Source of the DNA: Azolla caroliniana
Lineage: Eukaryota > Plantae > Polypodiophyta
NCBI GenBank assembly: GCA_043228905.1
Contig: JBHGNT010000011.1
Coordinates: 20,336,001 to 20,400,000 of the forward strand
Direction: 5' to 3'
DNA: 64,000 nucleotides
Each line of letters opens with the position of its first letter. Position 1 is the stretch's first letter. A program made the position numbers and the translations under genes. Shown here in pieces: positions 1 to 13,099 of the stretch. The notes beneath the pieces are model-generated. The model searched no databases and had not been told where the DNA came from. It worked only from the letters and a program-made list of their open reading frames with translations.

Positions 1-41
1 CAGTCATTACTCTCAATCGCGAGGGAGATTCTCTGATCGCC

Positions 42-1531
42 ATGGAATCCGCCAGCATACCTGTCCCTACCCCCAGCGAGAAGATTCGTAAAGAAGGGAA
101 CAAGATCTACATGCAACTCGTAGATGCTTCCATGTCTAGTTCATTCGGCCCTGTCCTCAGGAAAGCCAAACTAGATCGCGCGAATGACCTTTACCACAAA
201 GCCATGGCTGCTAGCACTTCTTCAGATGAAAAAGTTTCTTGTGCCAAGAACCTTGCTTCTCTTGGCTATCTGTTTTGCCGAGCTCACGTTGAGCACACAT
301 TGATTCCTGTCCAAAGAGAAGAAGATCTTCGAGATCCACATCAAGCCATGCTCACCATGAAACTACATGTGTCTGAGACCGTGCGAAACTTTGTTGCTGC
401 GCTCCGCTTTGATATGAATGAGTTGGATGCGAATCATCCATGCAAGCCGAAGGCATGGATAGATAAGCTCATCCTTTCGTTCACCGATTTCATCAAATGG
501 ATCTCTGACACATCTCTCCTTCTTCGATTTCCTCACAGTCCCCTTCTCCAATACCTTTGCGATGCTTTCTCTGACCATCCTACATGTGCCATACCTCAAA
601 ACAATCACGGGCATCTTCGTCAAATTGAAGCTTCCTAAAAACCCCAGCATTCAAGAACTTCTCAGAGGCGCTTTTCAACGAGGCTCTAACCAAGCAACTG
701 CCAGATAAAAGCAACATTGACTATGCTGCGTGTGCGTGGTTGCTCCATGGTTGCAATGTGCCCTTACGGAAGGCCATTTCTTATCTACAGCATCTAGCCG
801 CAACAGAAGAATACAAGAGCTTAGTTGAAGAGGTTCACATGCTTGAGAACTCCGTCTCTATTCACCATTGCATATGTGAAGGCCTCCGAAACCCTGCATT
901 GGGTGACAAAGCTCTATCCAAAGCTTTAATGGATGAAGAGGATCTTAACATGGATAGTGTGAAAGATTCATTGGATTATTATAGGCAAGCTTCAATTGCC
1001 ACACGTGAAAAGGACATGGAGACGGAGGCAATCGCCATGCATAGGATCGGAAAGGTATATGGAGATGTTCATAAGATGGCAATTACTGCGCACAAGTACC
1101 ACTTTCAATACGTGAGGCTCGCTCTCACGGTCATGTCACCCCGGATTGAGCAATCAGATTGGTACAAATACTCACTGAAGAAGGTGCAAGAGCATCAAGT
1201 GAAGAAGGTGCAAGAGGAGAAAGTCAAATATGCCAAGAGTAGAAAACCTATAGTGAAAAGATTGAAGACCAAAATCAACAAACTTTCTGAAGAAGCAGCT
1301 AACAAGAGTGCAGAATCTTTCCTGAAGTTTGTGTATGAGGAGTATCCACATCCAGAGTTGAAGAGGAATATTATACCTAAGCTTGATACTAAAGAGAATG
1401 TGAAACAAAGCTTAAAGAAGGCGATCCTTCATTACCATCCAGACAATAATGTGGCGCATGGTGAAGATTGGAAAGTGTTGTGCGATGAGATTTGCAAGCA
1501 CCTATCTCTGAAGTATGAATGTTTCAAGTAG
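42..1531 (+). pseudogene. TPR-like helical repeat protein with C-terminal J-domain-like (HPD) module, interrupted by a net -1 frameshift near 629-638 (pseudogene, assembly indel or cryptic intron)
   Basis: ORF 42-638 has TPR-like helices (SEKIRKEGNKIY, LDRANDLYHKA, SCAKNLASL). The frame of ORF 740-1531 is open back to 629 (SFLKTPAFKNFSEALFNEAL...). It carries more TPR-like units (SLDYYRQASI, EAIAMHRIGKVY) and ends in VKQSLKKAILHYHPDNN...WKVLCDEICKHL. Joined product about 496 aa. No U-rich intron lies between the two ORFs. Confidence 0.6.
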
Positions 1532-3599
1532 CTACATAGTTTTTGATATACATTGTCCATAAAAAAGACTTTTTTGTAGATAATCTTTGTGTTTGTATGG
1601 GATTCCTCATTTACATCACCATTAATGTTGTTGATGCAAGTACTTTATCATCGTAGTAGTTCTGAGACTAGCACTAATGTAGCTCTTTTTCATGTCACCT
1701 TTCATGCATTATAGAATCATCCACTAAACAAGAGTCTTGTCCAGATCTCTCTGACAGGGAGTGTGGACATTGTCTGTATCCCATTTTGCATGTTTCTCTA
1801 CGATTGATCTATGGTTTTGAAAACTAGCTAAAACTTCCTTCAATTTCTTTGTAAATGGCTATATTTGTACATTGGTAGATTTAGTTAGCATTCAATAAAT
1901 CCGAAATGCATGTTTGTGTGTCCTAGAACATGCTACCGTAACATGATATCTATAAATGAAAATTACTTTATCGTTGAAAAATAGGAAAAATTTATGACCT
2001 CTTAATATTTTGGTATTGACATTCTGAATACCAGATCGGACATGGCTCTTATATTTTGTATGAAGGCAATGCACTCATTGAATTTTAGCATTTGTATTTA
2101 AACCATGCCAAAGCGAGAGCTTGAGATAGCTTGTGTTATGTTGTGTTAACCATTTTTGTACACACCTAGATGTTGGTTGTAAATTATGAGGGAACTGTCA
2201 TTAGCATAAAATGAACAAGGTCACTATCTTTAATTCATGACCTACCTAAAGTAAACTGTCTCTCTGTAGCTTCCAAGATATGTTAGGATACAAAATATTT
2301 GTTTGTGTTAATAATAATATGTGATATTGTCATCTTAGCACTAATATGGTTGTCTGAATACCAAGTGATGATCATGTGTGTTAGCATGCATTACTTGAAG
2401 TGTGCTATCTAATTAGGAGCTCTGCCATAGTTGAGCAATTCTGATTTAAATTGTTATGGTCGAAGCCCCAAAGCAATGACGAATCAAAGAATAAGAAAAT
2501 GAGGAGACCAGGTTTTCTATCACCAAGAACATATTACAGGAGAGCACTAAATACCCTTCAACTTGTAGGTGAGAGTGGAAAACGTTGTCATTTGAGAGGA
2601 TAGTGACATAAACACGCTTAAGGGTCATGATCATCATAGAAATTCGAACCACTAAAATAAATTCTTTAGCCTTAACCACTAGGGCACCATATGATATATC
2701 ATATATATTAATATACATTTAACTCTATCATCTTATAAGGATAGTGTGATAAACACCCTTAAGGGTTATGATTATCATAGAGATTTGAACCACTAGAAAC
2801 ACTTAGTGCCATATTTTAGATACATTTATTTCTCCGTCTTATAAACATGGATAATACATGTGCATTGAGATAATATTATGAGAGATTGTCTTAGCACCTC
2901 ACACAAACTATGGCATAATTGTAAGTCAAGTGCTTGCATGAATGCCAAGTGGTGATCACAGGAGGTAAACGTGTATGACTCAAACCACACTATGTAACTT
3001 GTAAATAGAAGCTGCAATCATTCTTGAACCATTCCGGTTCAACGTCAGTTTGAATGCTCTCTTGCAATCCTTGCTTCTTATGAATTCAAAATCTTGCCTT
3101 TTCATTGTTTTCTTATTTTCCTATTCATCATCGTGTTTGGGATTAAACCGTGACAATGCTAATGAAACATACAAAAGAATAAAGAAAGAAACAAATGAAT
3201 AATAGAAATTGTTGCAATGTGGAAAGGTCCAAGGGTATAAAGGAATAAGAAGAACGCAAGAAGCAATTAGGGACTTGTAGGCTGGCAAGGCATCATGTTT
3301 GTCATTTGTATTGGCCTTACTCACTTGGGACTATATTAGCCCCATAACCATGGATGTATCTAGATAGAGATGAGGAATGCCATGATAATCCTCATTGTTT
3401 TTGTGGTGAGTTGATAGGAAATCATCGTCCATCTATTATTGTAATTCGACTTTTGTAATTTGTACTTACTATTTATAAGAAAAAAATATTAAAGCTCAAG
3501 CTTAAATATAAGGGAAAGAAGTGTAAAAGATAGTTTTATTTCTTATACTTATATACATTAAAATATTTACACATTTCTCCTTTTTATAACCTCAATGGA

Positions 3600-4532
3600 C
3601 ATGCATGATCCTTATGCGGGTCAAGGAAACAAAGTCATCCCTTTCTTTCAATTCATGAGTAGATTGGGTCGCCACATTCTAGTCGCTCAAACCGCTTGAG
3701 AGCTGGCTACTACAAATTTATCATGTTCCCCATAAAATTATCACTAAGTTTTTGCAAAAAATCTTGAAACAATAGCATGCTTTATAATTAATGGAAGGAG
3801 TTTTTTTTTGGAAAAGAGGAAGAAGAAGAAACAATAGCACGCTAGGTGATTTACCACGTTCCAATGGTTATTAATACATAAGTCATTACTACTTGGAGCG
3901 TGGCAATGAGGGAACCTTAGCTCTCCTAATTGTGTAGTGTTCCCAAATGCAATAGAGTGAATCCAACACGCTTTGTGGGACTGCCTAGAGACTCATTGAA
4001 CATTGGGGGGGGGGGGGTTGGCCGCCTGTTGCAATTATGCTAGGTGTAATTACTAACACACAATCAAGTTGGAGAATGTCTGTTGGTTATCATGGTAGAC
4101 CCTAGTTGACAAGTATGAACATCATGAGGGGGTTGACTTTGAGGATAAAAGCATAAGAGATTTTTTTCCCAACATTGACAATATTCACTCAACTCCTATT
4201 AATGCCAAAGCTCAAGTTGCGATGGAATTGGTCAGCTCAATAACTCTTTGGATTATATGGAAACAACAATGTAAACGGGTCTTCTCCCACCAAACCGTGC
4301 ATAAAGTAATGTTAATGCAAGAGATCTAGAGTGAAGTTGTAACCACTCTAAAGAGCCAATACGATGGCCTCATAGGCGGATCCGATGGAGTTATAAGACA
4401 ACGATTACCCTTCATCCAACAATGGTTGTCTTCTCCCTTTCTTGAATGAGTGGGCATATAAGATGGAACTATCACGTCCCTACAGGGATTTGTATATAAG
4501 TAATGGAGGGAGTTTTTTGGGGAAAAAGAAAA
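3600..4532 (+). mobile_element. Decayed 3' fragment of an L1/Tx1-like LINE (ORF2 C-terminus with zf-RVT)
   Basis: Translated pieces align by eye with the LINE at 40093-40986. GNKVIPFFQFMSRLGRHIL matches TNKVERFFEYTTKLGRQVI, E*IQHALWDC matches ESIPHCFWNC, LWIIWKQQCKRVF matches VWHIWTRHCKFVF, and LKSQYDGLIGGSD matches LRGQYNSIQGESD. Ends in gagttttttggggaaaaagaaa. 5' boundary approximate. Confidence 0.75.
3782..3827 (+). mobile_element. Ultra-short (46 bp) LINE 3'-tail insertion with a 16-bp TSD, nested in the LINE fragment
   Basis: GAAACAATAGCA(T/C)GCT at 3766-3781 and 3828-3843 flanks ttataattaatggaaggagtttttttttggaaaagaggaagaagaa, which resembles the LINE 3' ends at about 4495-4532 and 41125-41159. 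Confidence 0.7.
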
Positions 4533-7500
4533 CATATGAGGCTTGTTTTCTTAGCACTTCCAAAGATTTTTTGGAGGCTTTTTCTACTTGTTTCTTTATA
4601 TTAACATTTGTATTGTGAGACCAAGTCTTTTAATTGAGGTATCTAGCTAACACTTCGCAAAATCAATAAGGAAGCACATGAACAATATGTGAGTAGTAAG
4701 CACAAAAAGAATGTGTTGATATCAATAGCCATAAAACATGACCACGTGATTTTCATCTTAGGTCACAATATTTCAATATTGTAAATGATTCGTTTACAAT
4801 TATAATATGAAAAGATGCTCTAATGTAGACAATTCTCGTTACAATAAACCATGGGACCTACCATGCATGTGCATAAACAAGTCATAGGAGGGATAAGACA
4901 ACTTTGTGATTGTCGCAACATGAAGTTGTTGGCTTGTTGACGAATAGCACAAGCACACAATACATTTGAACTTATAAATCATGCTTAAAAGGTTTAAGTA
5001 GTTGTGATAGTTGCAAGTTGAATGTTTGAGCTATTTAGTACTCATTGCTTACGTACACAATACATACATTACATTTGAACAAGTAAAACATACTCAATGA
5101 GAAATGGCTAGGAAATATAGAGTGTACGTGATGCATTGAGATAAGCAATCTTATTCATTTTCAATTTCACAAAGATAAGTTCCTCCATTAGAGCAACCGT
5201 AAGTGGTTGTCACGAGTTCAAAGTTCCCACTTTCAAAGCTGTATTAAGTAGTACATGTAGAGTACGTCAAAGGGTACTTTTTTCATGCAACTCACTTTCT
5301 TGTCATGTTGAGGATCTACGTGTTCATGTAATCATCACAATTTCATTTCATAATGGAAACATAACATTTAAAAAATACTAACCAAAGTATTTTTAACATT
5401 TATAAAACTTTCATATCAAGTTAAGAAAAAACATTAACTTATGATTTTTTTTTCATATATTGATATGTTACAACATACACATAGAATTAAATGCGATTAA
5501 AGGTTAGCACATACATAAACTATTTATTTGAGTGTATACCCTCGTGACATTAGCCCCCTTCATTTTGTCTAAGACCCCTTATTTATTCTTTACCATTTGT
5601 TTTGATATACTTCCATTTTTGGAAGATATTACATCATCTTATATGGATGTATGTGAAATGCTATAGTGGTGGAAGGTAGGGTTTCACTTGTTTGTATACT
5701 TGTATCCGAAAGAGTATAGATTGTACATGGACATATGAGTCGACACAATGACATGAGAATCTAAACATGTTTGTAAGTCATTGGATAAATTTTAAAAAAA
5801 AAACCAAGAATAAAAATGCAGTTTTACGACCTTGATTGCTACTAAATTCCAATAGCCAAAACTTCCCAAACACACAAGAAAATTGTGGTGTTGCGAACTT
5901 AACATATATTTACTTTCCTTGGGCATTAGCTTTTTGCAAAGAGTAAATTCTAACATCGCCTTTTTGTCTTATTTTGTTTTGGCCCAATCCATCTCTTAAC
6001 ATATATTGACAAACAAATGAAACAAGAATACACCCATTACTACATTTCACGAGTAACATATGAGCTAATGTACACATTCTTCGGCAATAGGCTTGTTCCA
6101 ATGCAAGGACCTTTCAACAATAGAACACCCGAATGGCAATAATGGCATAAGAAGTGTTTCAATCCGTGGATAAAAGTCGATAGATGACTAGTGCTACACA
6201 ACACATATTTTTTTTAATCAAAATTCTCACTAGTCATCCGCAAAGGCATAAAATGTTTGTCAAGTATTGGATACAACTAAAGAAGCATAAAACTTTAGAA
6301 CAAGTCAAAGAATATAACTTATTATAAAGGAATTCACGTTGTTTTTTTCGGTGAAATGTTCTTGATAAGAATGATGTAACAAGTTGATATTGGGTTTGGT
6401 GTATTGCGCTATACAAGGATTACCTATTGTCTCGCTTTCTCCTAACCAAAAATGTAATTAGGCAAAATGTCTACAAATGGAGTACGTATCAAGGAATTGA
6501 AACATTACGAAATTAACCTAAACTAAAGAACACGATTATTATATATATATTGTTGATTAAATAGAAAGAAACTAATTGTCCACCTCAATTAAGGCCAATG
6601 ATTATAAGTAGTTGTCCACAGTAAATGATGGTCATATTTGTTTTTATGGAAGAATAATAATGGAGTTTGTAGAATAAGATTTTTCTTAGGACAGAATGAC
6701 AATATGTTTTTATGGGTTGCCTTGTACGTTAGCTCACATTTTTGCTGAACCAAAATAGTCAAGCGTAGGTGACACTTAAATCTTGAAAAATGGATAGAAC
6801 TTAGAAGAAATGTTGTAATGTTCTCATAACAGTTTGGAAAACCCACATTTATGTTAAACCCATAAATGCATGCTTACATGTTGAAATCAATGGCCCAAGT
6901 TGTCATGCGCAGTGGACGTACACAGAAAGCATATGTATCTCCACGCAAAAATTTCCTTTACACTATACAAAAAGAAAATGTAAAGTTAGGCATGTCTCTG
7001 ATTTCTTCTTCTTTCTAAGATGAAAAATTACTCCTCATGGATTATTCCCTAATTGATGCTTCATCTTTCCTGCTAAAAAAATGACCTAAACCTAATTCAA
7101 TATATTCTCACAAGTTACCGATTTTTCTCATGAGTTGTCGAGCAAGATTAATATATATATGTTGGTCTAATAAGAAGCCTCAAATGTGAAAATGGCCAAT
7201 CCTAATTCATTGACATTGAAGATTACAAACGTTTGATAAGTTTTCCTACGTCCAACCCTAACATTTCCTGCCTATAATGTCCTTTGCAAAAAAACCTTTA
7301 GGTACTCAATCTTAGGCCTTCTAAAGCATTTAGGGTATTCCCAATCAATTCCAATAAAATGCATCCCATTGTCAAAGTCTCCTATCGAGTATCATCTTTG
7401 AAAAGTCGAGGTACGATGTCCAAATTTGACTTCTAAACATGATAACACTTCATGCAATCGGTTCTCTTGTGAACTTTGAGGTCACCATTCTATCTCATCC

Positions 7501-8112
7501 TCATCGAGGTAATTGTTGCTCTCTAGTAAATAAATATCTACTCTGGTATCATAACGTTGCTTGATCTCTAGCGTTGACATATTTGAAAAGAGATATTGGC
7601 CTGGTCTTTGGAGATGGTTCTCTTGATAGGACCACTAGGTAATGCACTTGATGGGGCAATGCTGATACCATGGGATGTAACATACATAATGGGGAGTTGG
7701 GGGGAATCATTAGGGTGGGGTGGGGGTCTAAGTGTATAGTTGTCAATGTTGATGAGGACCCACACCTAAAGAGAGTCCAAAAAGGATAAAGCTTTTCCTT
7801 CACGTCTTAAAGCAAATCAATCATTTACCCTTTAGTTTCCAATGAAAACATAGCAAACCAATGACACTTTCAACGACCGTAACACACCCACACAAATAAG
7901 ATTGTTTAGAACTTTTGGCTACACATAAACTCATAAACTACATATATTTGAGAGCAATCCATCTAGTATCATTACTCACAAAAATCTAGACAATTCAAAC
8001 TACCATAAAATTCAAATCTTCTAATATATCCTAAAAATCCACAAGCCAAAGTATCAACCAGCAATTAAGTAACTGATTAGTACATCCTTAATCCTCCTAA
8101 CTATTAGATCAT

Positions 8113-11100
8113 ATGTATCTGTTCCATGGCATCCTCATTGCCACAATCGGCGAGGCGAAAGACATTGTCCGTGAGCATCGGCGATTTTGCGATTGCCTCC
8201 TCTCTTTGGTACCCTTAATAAACCACTCATACTGTAATCATCATCATATTGTTTCTGTAAAATTTGTTTATCAATTACTAATTGGACCATATTTAAGCCT
8301 CTGATTTTCCATTCATAAATTCATTATACAACTGCAGATTCACTGAATCTACTCTTTGATTAACTCATCAACGATAATGAGTAAGCATGACTTAAAATTT
8401 AAAATTAGCATTAGATGACTTGTGAAACTACTACAAATGAATATATTGAATTTGAAGAATACAATGTCAGATGCATCGACAGAAGACCATCCCAATGAAC
8501 GATGAAAAGCAAGGAATGAGGATCACTACTAGATGGATTCTTAATTTTCTCGCTGATTCTAACTCTTCTCATTCATTTTCATGTTCATTTTTTGCTGTGT
8601 GTAAATGAAGGGTGGCCTCTGCGGCCTGGCGGACTGCATCGGCCATGGCGGGCTGAGTCATCTGTACGTGTCGCTCAGCTTCGGGGAGCACGCCACGCTG
8701 GCAAGGACCCGCGTGGTCAAGCGCCAGCCTGTCCATCCGACGTGGCAGGAGACCTTCCGCATCTTCTGCGCGCACGAGGTGGACCCGGGGCAGCAGGGCG
8801 GCGGGCTGACAGTCAGGGTCAACGACGACTCGGGCTTGACCAAGTGCCTCGGGTTCTGCCACGTGGACGCGTCGGAGCTGCTGACGGGGCGCCAGCTGGA
8901 CGGCTGCTACGACCTTCGGAGCTGCAACAACCCTTCCAAAGTGAGGGGAAGAATATCTTTGAAGCTCAAGTTTATCCCGGCCCACGAGGACCCCTTAGTC
9001 CCTTGGTGCCGTGGGGTACACCCCACACTTCCATTGGTCCCCCGTAGCTTCTTCAAGCACAAGAAAGCCAACTTAATACACCTCTACCAAGACGCCCATG
9101 TCCCCCATGACTTCTCCCCGCCCATCTCCCTCCGGGGTGGGCGCCCCTACCGTCCCGCCCGATGCTGGGAGGACGTATACACCGCCATCTCTGGTGCCAA
9201 GCACCTCATCTACATCGCCGGATGGTCGGTTTTCACTAGCATCACCCTCGTACGAGACGGCCGGACAATCCCCGACGCGATGGGCGTGACGTTGGGGGAA
9301 CTCTTGAAGCGCAAGAGCGAGGAAGGGGTTCGGGTTTTGCTGCTGGTTTGGGACGACACCACTTCCGTTAGTGTGCTCAAAGGTGCCCTCAAGACCAATG
9401 GAGTTATGCACACCCACGACGAGAACACGGAAGCGTTTTTCGAGGGAACCAAGGTACAATGCGTGTTGTGCCCACGGAATCCGGATGATGGATCAAGTCA
9501 GGTGCAAAAGATCAAAACTGAGCTCATGTTCACACACCATCAAAAGACAGTCGTAACAGATGTGGCCATTGGAGATGATGACACCAAGAGGAGACTGGTT
9601 GCGTTTGTGGGGGGAATTGATCTTTGCGATGGACGGTACGACACACCGCACCATTCCTTATTTCGAACATTGGGGGCGGGCGGTGTGCATGCAAATGATT
9701 TCCATCAAACGAATTTTGAGGATGCAAACCTTGGCATGGGAGGGCCTAGGGAACCATGGCATGATGTGCACGCAAGGGTAGAAGGGCCATGTGCTTGGGA
9801 CATTCTCAAGAACTTTGAGGATAGATGGAAGCGGCAAGGGCGGCAAAGGGGTAGAATGACGTTGCGAGGACCGGCGGCATCACTAGTGAGGATCGAAGAG
9901 GTGAAAGACATCCTTCCCATGAGTGTCGATGTTATCTCCGAGGATGATGAAGAAGCATGGGATGGACAAGTGTTTAGATCGATTGATGCAGGGGCAGTGG
10001 TAGGTTTCCCTGAAGATTCGAAGATGGCAGAAGGTATGGGACTAGTGGTAGGAAAGGAACACACTATAGATCGAAGCATACAAGATGCATACATTTGCGC
10101 AATACGTCGAGCAAAGCACTTCATCTACATGGAGAATCAATACTTTGTTGGTGGTGCCACATGTTGGGAATCCCAACAAAACTCTGGAGCTCAACAATTG
10201 ATTCCCATGGAGCTCACACTCAAGATTATTAGTAAGATTGAAGCAGGAGAGAGATTTACTGTGTATGTGGTCATCCCGATGTGGCCGGAAGGTGTCCCAG
10301 AAAGCTCTAGTGTCCAAAGCATCCTTCATTGGCAACATTGCACCATGCAAATGATGTACAAACGCATTGCGAAAGCCATCAAAGATAATGGCTTGGTAGG
10401 CCTCGCTAAACCAACAGACTTTCTTAACTTCTTTTGCTTAGGAAATCGAGAGGTCCCTCAACCACATGACTATACTCCCTCTCACCCTCCCAAACCATCT
10501 TCACATTATGGCCTCGCCCAATTGCATCGACGTTTCATGATCTATGTCCATGCAAAAACTATGATCGGTAATTTTACTTTGACCTTCCTTTCCTTCTTAT
10601 GATCTTAAACGTAACATTATTGAAACTTTTGAAGTTGCTCCATACTTTAGACGTGCTTGTCCATATGGAACACTTTTACCAATGCGAGTTTGATCTAATT
10701 ATTGGTAGCAAACTTCCATGTGAGGTGGAGCCATATAATAATATTTATAGCATAGTGTGAGGTTACCGAATCCTCTAAATTACCTTGAAACATTCTTAGA
10801 ATATAGCCTTCGTAACTTCCTCTTTGTGAAATAAGACAAGAATGTAGAGACTCTCTAGGTAAATCAATTAACTCATGAATGCCAATGATAATACCTATCA
10901 ACCATTGGAAACCATAGATGAAGTTTCTTTTTTATTAGTTGAATAAGCCAATTATTATTTCTCTCAATTTCTCTTCCAAATGCTATAGTGACTATGGTAC
11001 TATTAATTTCTGAATGTATTTTCCTTATTAGATTTCCCATGAATAATACAGAAATGATGTGCTCATTTCACTGGCATTTCAAAATTTCTAACCAAATTAA

Positions 11101-11670
11101 ACTAGACGAATGGTTCTTTTAAAGGTCATATGATGTTCTTGTTCAACATGACATAATAAAGCCTACAAAATCTAGTTATGCATTGATTTCAATAACATAC
11201 ATAACAAATTGAACTTCTGTATGCTTTCAGTTGATGATGAATACATCATTGTTGGTTCCGCCAATTGTAACCAACGTTCGATGGATGGTGCTCGTGATTC
11301 AGAGATTGCAATCGGTGCATTCCAACCACACCACTTGATGAATGAGGAAGAGAGCAAGAGACCAGAAGGACAAGTTCATGGGTTTCGTCTTTCACTTTGG
11401 TATGAACATCTCGGAGAGTTACATGAGGACTTTAAATTTCCGGAGCGAATTGAATGTGTTAACAAGGTTCAATCCCTATCTCAATCATTTTGGAATCTTT
11501 ACACTCAAAAAACCATTGTTGATATGCCTGGACATCTCTTGCCGTATCCGATAACAATTTCTTCAAACGGTGATGTTAAAACTTTGCTTGGTTATGAGAC
11601 ATTTCCAGACACAAGAGCTCAAGTTTTAGGAACCCACACTACCACATTACCATCATTGCTTACCGTTTGA
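8113..11670 (+). CDS. PLD: Phospholipase D, alpha-type (C2-PLD), about 830 aa
   Basis: Exons 8113-8208, 8611-10567 and 11231-11670 with phase-matched GT-AG junctions. N-terminal LFHGILIATI starts the C2 domain. HKD1 is HHQKTVVTD. HKD2 is YVHAKTMI|VDDEYIIVGSAN, split by intron 2. Alpha-type motifs CVLCPRNPDDG, GPREPWHD, RSIQDAYI and PMWPEGVPES are present. Confidence 0.95.
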
Positions 11671-13099
11671 AGCATTTTTCATGTCAACATTTTAGTTGAC
11701 TCCCAATAAATTTCTTTCATATGTGTCTAACATCATTTTAACTTACTGTATGTTGTTTCGAGAACTGTATTGATGCTCTATTTGAGCACATGCCTATATG
11801 TGCGTTTAGGCATAAATACACAATTATTTCAATTCTTCAATTTTCTTAAATTCCTTCAAGACTTTGTAAACAATATGAAGACATTCAATGTATAAAAAGT
11901 ACTCATATGATTAACAAATATCTTCCTTTTCTCGACATGTATACATGTATGTTTTGAATGTTTGTAAGAAAATATTGCATATATTTGCATATATGTATCT
12001 ATTGCATCTTTAGGTGTATTGACAAGGATATGCTATGGATCAACTCTTTTCATCAACACCAAATTTCTATCCACAAGAGTGGCTAAGCAAGTTGGTTTTA
12101 CTCATACCTTTAAAAATTTATTCCCTCTCTTGCAATTATATTATGGATCCAATGAAGCTCCTTAATCATGAGACCTCATGGAAATGCCCTCAAACACATA
12201 CTCTTTCTAACACCTATATAATATATACACAACACTAATCTTTATTACATTCTATGCCAAGAATCACTAGGGTGATGCCATAAGAAATACGGTAACCACT
12301 ATCCCGTGATCCCCTAATTCATATATCCCTCTAATTACGACTTTAAATACCTTGATATTGACATAAAACAAAAAGAATGTTTTACTCACCACTTCGAAGT
12401 GAGAAAAAACATTACTATGCATTTGAGAACACATGTAATGGAGGAGAAATCAAACGCTAGGTATTCAAGAAAGAATCCTTTGATTCTTTGATTATAATAA
12501 TACAATTTCTAGGATTGAAGGATGGGGTGGGAGCAACTTTGAAGGCATTTGAAAATGTTCGAAGTGTTTTTATGTTATCTAATCTTTGATGACTCCTACC
12601 CATGTACTCTAATTTAACAATTGGTTGAGGGGCTACTAGGGATGAATTGTTCTATGAGTAATTAATAACTAAGTTATGTGTATCAAGTGTACGATTAAGT
12701 TGTGATTGATGTAACTATTGTGACATCTACCAAAGCTTTAGTTGCAATTATCGTTACCAATTGTAGAACGAATGCCATGAGTACGAAAAAGATTAGTGGA
12801 TCACCAACCTTCCAAAAAACATGATCATGAAGAGTGTTGATGCTATCTAGACAACTTAACTCTACGATGAACTTGCCCATTGCTATCTATAGCCCCAACT
12901 CATTGCTATCTATCCAAACGCAATATCCATGGAAAGATGATTATGGGAAAAACACAATATCCAAACAATCGTCTCCTGAGTGTTGCGATGAAAGAGCATT
13001 TTAATCCAACTTCTTGCAAAATTATGAACAAATAATTGTGAAGCTCCTCAAATGAGGGAAAATGAATTTCTCGCAGGTTTCCTTTCAAGCATCCTAGAG

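Noticed and set aside
2596-2798. ~60-bp diverged direct repeat about 141 bp apart
   Set aside because: Ordinary old local duplication with no TIR, TSD or coding signal.
7000-7830. Coding-like sequence upstream of PLD on the minus strand
   Set aside because: Fragmentary with many stops. I could not assign a TE or gene family.
8605-8610. ATG at 8605 as the PLD start
   Set aside because: The AG at 8609-8610 is a phase-matched acceptor for exon 8113-8208, which supplies the conserved first C2 strand.
8569-10350. Overlapping ORFs on both strands of PLD exon 2
   Set aside because: Shadow ORFs of GC-rich coding sequence.
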